Assembly: GCA_964354795.1 (NCBI GenBank)
Contig: CAYHBB010000016.1
Coordinates: 4,084-68,083, forward strand
Direction of reading: 5' to 3'
DNA length: 64,000 bases
From: an uncultured Planctomycetales bacterium
GTDB lineage: Bacteria > Omnitrophota > Gorgyraeia > Gygaellales > Profunditerraquicolaceae
In this document: piece after piece, positions 17,161 through 24,940 of the stretch
How the letters are laid out: the number at the start of each line of letters is the position of its first letter
Numbering within the stretch: the first letter of the stretch is position 1
Notes under the pieces: model-generated
The model's database searches: none
What the model was told of the DNA's origin: nothing
The model's input: only the letters and a program-made list of their open reading frames with translations
Made by a program: the position numbers and the translations under genes

Positions 17161-17290
17161 TGAAATTTGCTCCCCATCGTGAAAGATTTTCGAACTTTTC
17201 TGGCTTCAGGGGAGGTGGAAAAATTATGTCAAGAACTGGCTTTTAGTGCTTAATACCACCTCCCCCCTTTTCTTATTTTAAACTAAAATT

Positions 17291-17668
17291 TTATTCGGTG
17301 CCAATACGGGGAGGAATTTCATTTGCGATAGCGGTGGCTAATTCATGTTTACCATTTTTTTCATAAATTTTTATTATTTCGCTTAAATAATACCCTACGG
17401 GGCTTATTGCATAAGCTTCGTAAAAGTCAGCGATAGCTCGGTTTAGGTCACCTTTTTTAGAATAAACTGCAGCCCGCTCACCATAGGCTTCCGCATAATT
17501 AGGATTCATTGAGATAGCTTGATTAAACTTACTTATTGCCTCGCTATATTTACCTTGTTTAACAAATTCCATTCCTTTATTAAACGCATCAGTTGATGTT
17601 TCTGCAAAAGAATTGCTAAATATCAAGAGTATTAAAAGCAGAACTATGAAACCTATTTTCTTTCTCAT
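17291..17668 (-). CDS. Small secreted TPR protein
   Basis: Signal peptide SFA; AFNKG...AISKFNQAISMNPNYAEAY TPR pattern. Confidence 0.85.
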   Translation of the reverse strand: MRKKIGFIVLLLILLIFSNSFAETSTDAFNKGMEFVKQGKYSEAISKFNQAISMNPNYAEAYGERAAVYSKKGDLNRAIADFYEAYAISPVGYYLSEIIKIYEKNGKHELATAIANEIPPRIGTE

Positions 17669-17713
17669 CTTTACTTTCTCCTTTCTACTTTTTTCATTAA
17701 TTTACTTTATAAC

Positions 17714-17799
17714 AAAAACCCGCTGCAATATATTCTATCACAGCGTGTTAAGAAGTCAAACTCCGCCTAACTTCGCTTTTTTCCCAATTACGAAGTTCA
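17714..17799 (-). promoter_or_regulatory. Repeated promoter element, copy 2, plus adjacent lox/dif-like palindrome (17767-17799)
   Basis: CCCGCTGCAATATATTCTATCACAGCGTGTTAAGAAGTCAAACT followed by CTAACTTCGC...TACGAAGTT. Confidence 0.7.
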
Positions 17800-17855
17800 A
17801 GGCACTATATATGCGTCCTAGTTTATTCGAATAGCGAAGTATCCCTTGATCTAAT

Positions 17856-17891
17856 TATAAATAAAAAGGGCTGAACGGTTAAGTCCAGCCC
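17856..17891 (-). terminator. Rho-independent terminator, copy B (after serpin)
   Basis: 36 nt identical to 17125-17160. Confidence 0.75.
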
Positions 17892-17926
17892 CCGTAAGAA
17901 TGATGGTATTTACTTGAACTACTCCT

Positions 17927-19126
17927 TTACTTCGCTGGATTACTAACTCTACCCACAAATAAAATATTTCCTGTTTTATTATCGTGGATTAAGAATATAA
18001 ACGGATGATCTGCTTTAAATACTTTTCTTATTTTTCGCTCTACCATACTTGTGATGCCCATCCTAACAGCGGTTGCGGCAGCAGCTTCGGTACCCTCTTC
18101 ATTTACATCCACAAAAGCTTTGTGGATCACTTGGCTTATATACAAATCCTTTTGTCCCGTCATCCCGGAGAAATCTGCATTTTCACCAAAGGCAGTTGGC
18201 ATCCCCATCGCAGCCAAGTCTACGGACATAGAATACTCAGTTTCAAACTTGAACTTAGGCAGATAAACATCCACTTCCTCCCGGCTAAGCATCCCCTCCA
18301 AATCAGACAGTCCTTTTGAACTCAAAGATTCTTCCATAGCCCCTAAGTCATTATCTTTTGGCAGGATGATAAACATGGATAATTCCTTGCCTTCATAGGG
18401 CAATTCCAGAACCTGAAGCTTGTCTGTCTCCGCGTAATATAATTCTTTAGCAAACAACTGCATCGTTTTTACCTTAATTGTATTCACCGGGCTTGTCCTG
18501 AAATCCTGGTCTTTGGTATTACTCTTTTCAAACTGTTCTACCCATTTTCCTTTGAAGTAAACCGCATTGGTGATAACTAAGCGTGTGTTACCATCAAGGG
18601 AAGAGATCAGATTTCTTATCTTATAATTTGTCTGCTCCTCAATCCAGCTGTTTATTATCCTGCACGATTCGCTATTTTCGTTTTTAAAATCGAGGTTTCT
18701 TGCTTCCCCGCCGTAATAATCTTTTATTACCTTAAGGTATTCTTCCGGGAAGGGATATTTTTTCTGTGCCCATAAGGCATTTGCCGTATAGAGTTGGTAT
18801 TGTTCGTGCCCCTTGTTGATCTGATTATATATTTCTAGAAAAGAATTCCTGCGCACAGAATCATCTTTAGGAAAATGAAAAACTGACTGAATTTCATCTG
18901 CTGTTAGTCCTCTAGCTCCTTCATATGTCATGGCTAGTGCCGAAGAGATGCTAAACGGAGAAAAGAAAATATTGCCTTGTTTTGATTTATATTTGGAATA
19001 AAGCTCAAAGGTGAATTGATTATTGGCATTGACAACGCTACTTACGTCTTGGGCAAACGCCATATGAGATATAAATAATACCCCTATTAAGACAAACATC
19101 ATTACTTTGGAATTCTGAAGTTTCAT
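17927..19126 (-). CDS. Secreted serpin
   Basis: NIFFSPFSI, NAVYFKGKW, hinge EEGTEAAAAT, FKADHPFIF; start reassigned to MKLQNS by RBS spacing. Confidence 0.95.
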   Translation of the reverse strand: MKLQNSKVMMFVLIGVLFISHMAFAQDVSSVVNANNQFTFELYSKYKSKQGNIFFSPFSISSALAMTYEGARGLTADEIQSVFHFPKDDSVRRNSFLEIYNQINKGHEQYQLYTANALWAQKKYPFPEEYLKVIKDYYGGEARNLDFKNENSESCRIINSWIEEQTNYKIRNLISSLDGNTRLVITNAVYFKGKWVEQFEKSNTKDQDFRTSPVNTIKVKTMQLFAKELYYAETDKLQVLELPYEGKELSMFIILPKDNDLGAMEESLSSKGLSDLEGMLSREEVDVYLPKFKFETEYSMSVDLAAMGMPTAFGENADFSGMTGQKDLYISQVIHKAFVDVNEEGTEAAAATAVRMGITSMVERKIRKVFKADHPFIFLIHDNKTGNILFVGRVSNPAK

Positions 19127-19147
19127 TTTCATCCTCCTTTTCAAAGC

Positions 19148-19310
19148 AAAGCCCGCTGCAATATATTCTATCACAGCGAGTTAAGAAGTCAAACTCTCCC
19201 TAGCTTCGCTTTTTACCCAATTCTCACTTTCGCTTTTTACTCGATTTTGGCGGGTTTTCCGTGCTTGGATGGGTTTCCGAGCTTCGCATCCTGCTTCCGA
19301 AGGCGAAGCA
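19148..19310 (-). promoter_or_regulatory. Repeated promoter element, copy 3, followed by several degenerate lox/dif-like half sites
   Basis: Promoter 19148-19195; CTAGCTTCGC at 19200, CTTTCGCT at ~19227, AGCTTCGCATCCTGCTTCCGAAGGCGAAGC at 19280-19309. Confidence 0.65.
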
Positions 19311-19363
19311 TTCTTTGACCTACTTATAAATTACTCTCTTAAGTTTAACTCTTTGTTTCATAG

Positions 19364-20005
19364 CTAATATTGATTATAATTAAAGCCTCGCCCTTCTTCC
19401 AAGCATACAGGGATACCCAACTTTTCTATCGCTTGAACAATCTTTTCGTCTTTTGGCTTATATATTTCTTCCATTCCTTCTTTCATCCAGGAATGAAATT
19501 CGACATATAACTTATCAATATATTTAATGCTCCCGTCTTTCAACATTTGATCAAGTATCGGATATTCAGCCGCTTCTATGTCCATTTTTACATAAATAAT
19601 ATCTTCCTTCTTAAAGTCTCTCTCCAACCATTTGCCAAAATCAATAGATTCAACATGTACTGGCACCTTCTTCTTATCTGAACCTAGGGCGTTCACGACA
19701 TTCCCACCTAAATCATTAATTCCAAAGTAAAAATTTACTCCTTTATCATCAATCCACATTGCCTTATTAATCACTGTCACATTTGGCTTCTTCGGTATAA
19801 AACGAATCAACTCAGGATTAGCTTCAAAAGCAAATATCTCCCATTGATATTTTGAATACAAATTACTTTTTTCGAATGCTTCAATACTATCTCCCTTATA
19901 AGCTCCCCCATCTATAAATATATGCCTCCTGCCGGGCACGCAGCCATAAATTATTATTGTTAATAGAAATATTATAAATATTTTCACGAATATTCGATTT
20001 CTCAT
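19364..20005 (-). CDS. FkbM-family methyltransferase with N-terminal membrane anchor
   Basis: FIDGGAYKG, AFEANP, VKMDIEAAEY, VEFH. Confidence 0.85.
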   Translation of the reverse strand: MRNRIFVKIFIIFLLTIIIYGCVPGRRHIFIDGGAYKGDSIEAFEKSNLYSKYQWEIFAFEANPELIRFIPKKPNVTVINKAMWIDDKGVNFYFGINDLGGNVVNALGSDKKKVPVHVESIDFGKWLERDFKKEDIIYVKMDIEAAEYPILDQMLKDGSIKYIDKLYVEFHSWMKEGMEEIYKPKDEKIVQAIEKLGIPVCLEEGRGFNYNQY

Positions 20006-20040
20006 TCTATCGCCTCCTTCGTTACTCTCTTGCCGTAAAT

Positions 20041-20127
20041 AAAAACCCTCTGTAATATATTCTATCACAGAGGGTTAGAAAATCAAACTACTCTAACTTC
20101 GCATCCTGCTTCCAATCACGAATATAA
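20041..20127 (-). promoter_or_regulatory. Repeated promoter element, copy 4, plus lox/dif-like site (20093-20127)
   Basis: AACCCTCTG-15-CAGAGGGTT around TAGAAT; CTAACTTCGCATCCTGCTTCC. Confidence 0.7.
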
Positions 20128-20184
20128 TCGAGCAAACAAAAGTTCTATTTAAGCGGATTGCCGAACTGGTAAAAACCTAAGATA

Positions 20185-22002
20185 TTAGTGACCGGTGCTA
20201 CGGGTTGGCCTAGTCGCGTCGCGCAAGACAATGGGGCTTGCGCCAAAATTATAGGTAAGGCTTAAATAACCCCCTCTTTTTTGATACGAGCGCTGTCCGT
20301 GATCCGGCCAGGTGGTAAAATTATCTCCCGAAGCGGAGAGCAGCCAATTTTCAGTCAGTCTGTAATTTAAGCTGGCTGCCGCATAACAAGTGGGATGATT
20401 TGACTTTTTGTGGTTGACATCGGGCTTATTTTGAAATTCATATCCTCCGGATACTTTACCTTCCACAAAAAACTTCTTGCTCAAATCAACTCCGGAGTAG
20501 ACGCCTAATGCGTGTGAAAGAAGCGAACGGGGATTAAAATAGCCGTGATTCAGCTGAGGTTCTGCCCAGCTTGAATAATAATAATTATAATAAAGTTTAA
20601 CGTAAGGCTTTTGTTTAATGCGGTACTCGGCTGTGCCAAAGATCTGGTTCTGCCGGTTGTCATCAGTAAAATAACTCCGCTTATATTTTACATTAAAGAA
20701 CCAGAAACGATTCGGCCTGAAATCTGTGGAAAATGTCGAACTATTGGTGATAACTTTATAAGCCAGTGCGTCATTATCCTCGAACGTCTCGCGGTCATAA
20801 GCAAGGTCAAATCTCCAGAGATCATCCGGCTTGTAAGTAAACCAGGTATTGGTGGTAAAAGGAGTAAAATCGACTTTTCTAAAGTGCGTCTCATATACAA
20901 AGGTGTTGAATTCAAAGGCGTCTCCTAAAACCTTGCTCAGACCCAGGCCCCAGCGGTTCGCCGCTATGGTCGGGTCAAGGCCGTTTAGCGGGAAAGCAGG
21001 ATCCGCGGAAACCGCCCCCTTCTTGCGCAACACCTGACGCTCGTATATGGCGTCAACCGTCGTCGAGTAATTCAAGTGCATGCCTGAGCGCAGGCCTTGT
21101 GTAGACACTGTCTGCGGAGTGCTGTCCCTTGAGAAACGGCCATACGACCTGGCAAAGGGAAGCTGAGAATTCTTTATTTGATAATAAAGATCTTCTGCCT
21201 CTTTACGGTTAGGTTCGAATTCCAACAATTCTTTTACTTTTTCAACCGCCCGCACGTCATCTCCAAGCCAATGCAGGGCAAAAGCCATCCCTTCGATAGC
21301 GTCGAGATTTTTGGGATAACGCCTCAGTATCTCCTCGTACCGGTTGACACCCTTACGATGATAACCCTGCCACACTAAAACTCTGGCCTGATTATTAAGC
21401 GCGTTAAGGTTCCCGGGATCTTTATCAAGGACCTTTTGATATAGGGCGTACGACTCCTCAAGCTTATCCTGAAAGCTCAAGACATTAGCCTTGCCAAGGA
21501 GAGCATCCAAGTTATCCGGCCAACGATTAAGAGCAACGTCATAAATTTCTATAGCTTCGCTTTTTTTATCATTCCAAACAAGTGCTTCGGCCAATCCCAG
21601 AAATATCCGCTGGTCTTCGACTTTTAACGCAAGGCCTTCCTTATATACCTCTATTGCCTTAGGTATTTGACCGCTCCACTTATACTGCTCAGCCAGCTCC
21701 CGGATTATCTCATTGGTGCGCTCCGGATGCGTCGAACGCACCTCTTCGAAAAGCTCAATTGCCTCCTCATGCTTATCTGCATACGAATAAACACGTGCCC
21801 ACTCTATGACTAAGCCCGGATCCTTACGCAGGCCTTCGCTGATACCAGGATAAACCTCAAGAGCTTCGCTATATGCCTTTTTCTCTACCAGGCTCCGTGC
21901 TTTACTTAATTCGTTATTAAAATTATCGTCGGCAAAAGCGCTGCCTACCAAACATGCGCCGATAAAAAATGCCAAAATTAATTTGATATTCCGGTTTTTC
22001 AT
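20185..22002 (-). CDS. TPR plus C-terminal beta-barrel outer-membrane protein (PgaA/BcsC-like polysaccharide export)
   Basis: Signal peptide, multiple TPRs, aromatic-rich amphipathic strands, GYFNP motif; follows a GT2 synthase. Confidence 0.65.
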   Translation of the reverse strand: MKNRNIKLILAFFIGACLVGSAFADDNFNNELSKARSLVEKKAYSEALEVYPGISEGLRKDPGLVIEWARVYSYADKHEEAIELFEEVRSTHPERTNEIIRELAEQYKWSGQIPKAIEVYKEGLALKVEDQRIFLGLAEALVWNDKKSEAIEIYDVALNRWPDNLDALLGKANVLSFQDKLEESYALYQKVLDKDPGNLNALNNQARVLVWQGYHRKGVNRYEEILRRYPKNLDAIEGMAFALHWLGDDVRAVEKVKELLEFEPNRKEAEDLYYQIKNSQLPFARSYGRFSRDSTPQTVSTQGLRSGMHLNYSTTVDAIYERQVLRKKGAVSADPAFPLNGLDPTIAANRWGLGLSKVLGDAFEFNTFVYETHFRKVDFTPFTTNTWFTYKPDDLWRFDLAYDRETFEDNDALAYKVITNSSTFSTDFRPNRFWFFNVKYKRSYFTDDNRQNQIFGTAEYRIKQKPYVKLYYNYYYSSWAEPQLNHGYFNPRSLLSHALGVYSGVDLSKKFFVEGKVSGGYEFQNKPDVNHKKSNHPTCYAAASLNYRLTENWLLSASGDNFTTWPDHGQRSYQKRGGYLSLTYNFGASPIVLRDATRPTRSTGH

Positions 22003-22004
22003 TT

Positions 22005-23339
22005 TTACCTCTTCGAAACTACCCACTCACGCTTACCCAAAAGCTCATCCTTGATAGCAACTACCTGTATTGTGTTCTTGAATAATGTATACCAGAAAGC
22101 GCAAAATGCATAGTAAAAGTACTGCCAGACTGGGGCTCTCGGCAGCGATGCGTTTTTATAAGCGACCAGGGCTTCAAATGGCCCACTAAGCATCACAAAG
22201 AATAAAGCAAACCAGATAAAGCTGTTCATGGGAAAATCTATCTTGCCTCTTGTCAACCAGAACGCGAACACTACTGGAAAAAGTAAATGGCTTAAGATAT
22301 CGTAAACAACGCGCCACATCAACAATGTAGTCCACATAAACTTCTGTAAAATATTAAGGAATTTGCTCTTTAAGATAGCTATCTGGTATTTCACTGATAC
22401 CTGGAACCACCCCTGGGCCCAGCGCTTCCTCTGGAACCAAAGCCCTGCCAGCGTCTCAGGGGCCAGCTCAGTCGAGATTATGTTACGGTCATGGACAATA
22501 TGGTTTCCTTGCAGTATGGCGCGCAGGGTGGCGTCAATATCTTCAGTCAGCCTATCCGGAGAAAACTTTATTTCCTTGATAACCGAGCTGCGCCAGTAGC
22601 CGTTTGTGCCGCCGAAAAGCGTAGAATCAAAAAGCCTAGACTTAGCGTAATGACTAATGCCATAAATAGCCTCAAACTCCACCTCAACCAATGAGCATAC
22701 TGGGCTACTTTTTCCGTTTCGGATCTTGCACCTGCCCTGGACTACATTATAACCTTCGTCCAGCCAACGCCAGGCAAGCTTCAAGCAATCCGGAGCCACC
22801 AGGTGATCGGCATCCAACAATACGATCATCTCCCCGGATGCAATCTCAAGGGCATAGTTTAGATTTTCACTCTTGCTCTTGGAGCCGTAAGCGTTTGCCA
22901 ATATGAGTTCAGGCCACTTATAAGCAAGCTCCCTTAAACGCGGCTCTATCTCCTCCATATGCGGAGTGTTGTAGGCCAGGATCAGCTCAATCCCGGCCTC
23001 CGGACGCTGGATACGCTCTAGAATATTTAAAAGCGTATCTTCAATAACCTCAAGCTCATTAGGAAGATAAGCACTGACGATAAATGTGGTTTTGGGCAGG
23101 ACAATATGCTTTGCGGTAGGCAACTCTTTGAATGCTCCCCGCCTGAAAGCGCTAAGGGAATACATATACGACAACCCAGCCTGGAATATAAATAGAGAGA
23201 CAAGAAAATAATAAGAGTAATTCAGGAAAGCCGGCTTGCGTAATCCAATGAGGTAGAAAATAAGGGTGGGAATTACCAGAAGAATAAGTAAAATCTCAAA
23301 GATTTTGCTCCATTCTACCGCACGCTTCTTCTCGCCCAA
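22005..23339 (-). CDS. Processive GT2 glycosyltransferase (cellulose synthase/PgaC-like)
   Basis: LLDAD, LTEDID and QRKRW motifs; N- and C-terminal TM helices. Confidence 0.9.
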   Translation of the reverse strand: MGEKKRAVEWSKIFEILLILLVIPTLIFYLIGLRKPAFLNYSYYFLVSLFIFQAGLSYMYSLSAFRRGAFKELPTAKHIVLPKTTFIVSAYLPNELEVIEDTLLNILERIQRPEAGIELILAYNTPHMEEIEPRLRELAYKWPELILANAYGSKSKSENLNYALEIASGEMIVLLDADHLVAPDCLKLAWRWLDEGYNVVQGRCKIRNGKSSPVCSLVEVEFEAIYGISHYAKSRLFDSTLFGGTNGYWRSSVIKEIKFSPDRLTEDIDATLRAILQGNHIVHDRNIISTELAPETLAGLWFQRKRWAQGWFQVSVKYQIAILKSKFLNILQKFMWTTLLMWRVVYDILSHLLFPVVFAFWLTRGKIDFPMNSFIWFALFFVMLSGPFEALVAYKNASLPRAPVWQYFYYAFCAFWYTLFKNTIQVVAIKDELLGKREWVVSKR

Positions 23340-23342
23340 CTT

Positions 23343-23534
23343 TTATCTCTCCAGTAGCGATAGCATCTCTTCACCTAAAGCGATATGGCGTTTTTCATCT
23401 TCAGCTATGCCGGAAAATAATTTGCGCTTAGCCTCATCTTTTGTTAATTCCGATAATTCCGTATATATGGCAAGAGCATTTTTATCGGCTGCCGTAATCT
23501 GGCGCAATCTTGCTATCAATGTATTTCGGTCCAT
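23343..23534 (-). CDS. Small ferritin/rubrerythrin-like half domain
   Basis: A..IY..L...LF..IAEDEKRH two-helix pattern. Confidence 0.65.
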   Translation of the reverse strand: MDRNTLIARLRQITAADKNALAIYTELSELTKDEAKRKLFSGIAEDEKRHIALGEEMLSLLER

Positions 23535-23536
23535 AG

Positions 23537-23752
23537 TTATGCCAAGCTTTCTCTTGTTTCTGACACTATTTTCTTATGGCGTAATGTATCTGCCTTGATA
23601 CCGAGAAGTATATCTTCTATGCGCTTACGCGCCCCTTCGGACAGATCATCAGGCAAAGACTTAGGATGACAAAGGTCAATGAGCGTACTCGCCATTTCTT
23701 CTTCCATTATATAAGCCCGTTTAAGCTTGTCTAAAAGTTCTTCTTTATTCAT
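23537..23752 (-). CDS. Small ferritin-like half domain (degenerate)
   Basis: MEEEM...IKADTLRH. Confidence 0.5.
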   Translation of the reverse strand: MNKEELLDKLKRAYIMEEEMASTLIDLCHPKSLPDDLSEGARKRIEDILLGIKADTLRHKKIVSETRESLA

Positions 23753-23796
23753 AAATACTCTTCTTTGCCCATATACAGGTAACGATTATAGGAAAA

Positions 23797-23952
23797 TTAT
23801 AACCTTTTTTTCATTTGCCCTTTTACGATCTTTTCAGCCTGCAACCAATAATCAAAATCACGGCCACTCTTGCATCCATCCTTTTCCCACAGCTCCTTCG
23901 CCTTCTCTTTAATACAACTCAATAATTCTTCCTTTTCAAATCTCTTTTCCAT
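23797..23952 (-). CDS. DUF2934-family small protein
   Basis: IKEKAKELWEKDGCKSGRDFDYWLQAE. Confidence 0.8.
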   Translation of the reverse strand: MEKRFEKEELLSCIKEKAKELWEKDGCKSGRDFDYWLQAEKIVKGQMKKRL

Positions 23953-24004
23953 GACTTCCTCCTTTTTAATGTCACTCTGCAATTTTAATTCTACTCCAAA
24001 TATA

Positions 24005-24037
24005 AACCCTCTGCAAGTGTTTTACTTACAGAGGGTT
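24005..24037. repeat. Diverged copy 5 of the 9-15-9 inverted repeat
   Basis: AACCCTCTG-caagtgttttactta-CAGAGGGTT. Confidence 0.65.
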
Positions 24038-24073
24038 GAAGTATTTTCTCATCACAGTGGACGAAATTAGAAA

Positions 24074-24101
24074 CTATTTGATAGCGGCTATTATGTCAAA
24101 T
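24074..24101 (+). other. Candidate Xer dif-like site
   Basis: CTATTTGATAG-CGGCTA-TTATGTCAAAT; right arm differs by 1 nt from the E. coli XerD arm TTATGTTAAAT. Confidence 0.45.
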
Positions 24102-24111
24102 ACTCTTTCCC

Positions 24112-24145
24112 CTAACTTCGTATCCTGCTCAGAATGTGAAGTTAG
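24112..24145. repeat. loxP-like palindromic site
   Basis: CTAACTTCGTATC-CTGCTCAG-AATGTGAAGTTAG (13-8-13). Confidence 0.6.
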
Positions 24146-24185
24146 TTTCTTTAGTCAGGCGGAGAATTTCAAGGCAATAAAGGAG

Positions 24186-24431
24186 CTAGACTCTGTAGCG
24201 CTTGTAGAGCTCGACCCGGACCGGGCATTTGCAGATACCGGCGATACCGTAGGAGAGGAATTTCTCGCACTTGCGGCCTTCTCTTTCCTTCACAAAGAGA
24301 TTCTGATCAGCCAAGAGGTATTCGGCTTTGCATACTGTGCCATCGGGATCAGATAAGCATCTATGGGAATGCAGACATTCTCCGGATTTGGTCAGGATCT
24401 CCGGGCTCACGTCATATTTTTTTGTTTCCAT
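24186..24431 (-). CDS. Small Cys-rich hypothetical protein
   Basis: C..S..CL...VCK...C....SYG...ICKCPVR.ELY; consensus promoter upstream. Confidence 0.7.
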   Translation of the reverse strand: METKKYDVSPEILTKSGECLHSHRCLSDPDGTVCKAEYLLADQNLFVKEREGRKCEKFLSYGIAGICKCPVRVELYKRYRV

Positions 24432-24482
24432 AATAACCTCATACAGGCTACACAATTTAATTACATATTATACGTGTTACAC

Positions 24483-24558
24483 ATTATATGTACCAGTTGA
24501 GGCCTGTCAAGGGAATATTTAAGAATTACCTTGCCAAAAATGTAAGTTTGTATAGAAT
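24483..24558. promoter_or_regulatory. Divergent sigma70-type promoters
   Basis: - strand TTGACA-16-TATAAT (24510-24483); + strand TTGCCA-16-TAGAAT (24531-24558). Confidence 0.65.
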
Positions 24559-24596
24559 AAGGGGGCTTAAAACCTAATAAACCCGAGGAGGAAAAT

Positions 24597-24926
24597 ATGC
24601 TTAAAAGATATCAGGTATTATTGACCGACTGGCAGGAAGAATACGTGAAGTTTCTGGTAGAAAAATACGACCTAAGCTTTTCTGAGGTCATCAGGATACT
24701 GATCGTGCTGGAGGCGATCATGATCACCGGCCACCTTCACCCCGAATATAAAACCGGTATATCTATGAAAAAACTGGCGGTAGAGCTTAAGAAAATGGCT
24801 AATCCTAACCGCAACGAAGCTGAGATGTATAAGCTGATCTCAGCCGGATATTTCGAGGCGCGTAAAGCCATTGAATACCGGATGAGCAAAGAAAAACAGA
24901 AAGCAAAGAAAACAAAGAAAGCTTAA
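24597..24926 (+). CDS. Hypothetical protein, possible ribbon-helix-helix DNA-binding N-terminus
   Basis: KRYQVLL...SFSEVIR; GAGG RBS. Confidence 0.6.
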   Translation: MLKRYQVLLTDWQEEYVKFLVEKYDLSFSEVIRILIVLEAIMITGHLHPEYKTGISMKKLAVELKKMANPNRNEAEMYKLISAGYFEARKAIEYRMSKEKQKAKKTKKA

Positions 24927-24940
24927 GCACCCCTTACGCG

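Noticed and set aside
17167-17200. Intact tRNA gene
   Set aside because: Only a T-loop/acceptor-like fragment; no cloverleaf can be built.
19127-20068. Shared MIEYI..GF N-termini of the serpin and FkbM ORFs as a protein motif
   Set aside because: They are translations of the repeated promoter element; the real starts are downstream.
15444-24145. CRISPR array or classical integron attC array
   Set aside because: Repeats are separated by whole genes, not 30-40-nt spacers. The core palindromes (~34 bp) are shorter than typical attC sites and no intI or cas gene is visible. Kept only as a non-classical cassette hypothesis.
15499-24145. Engineered loxP or vector contamination
   Set aside because: The sites are degenerate, differ from each other, have non-loxP spacers and sit in native-looking sequence with no marker genes.
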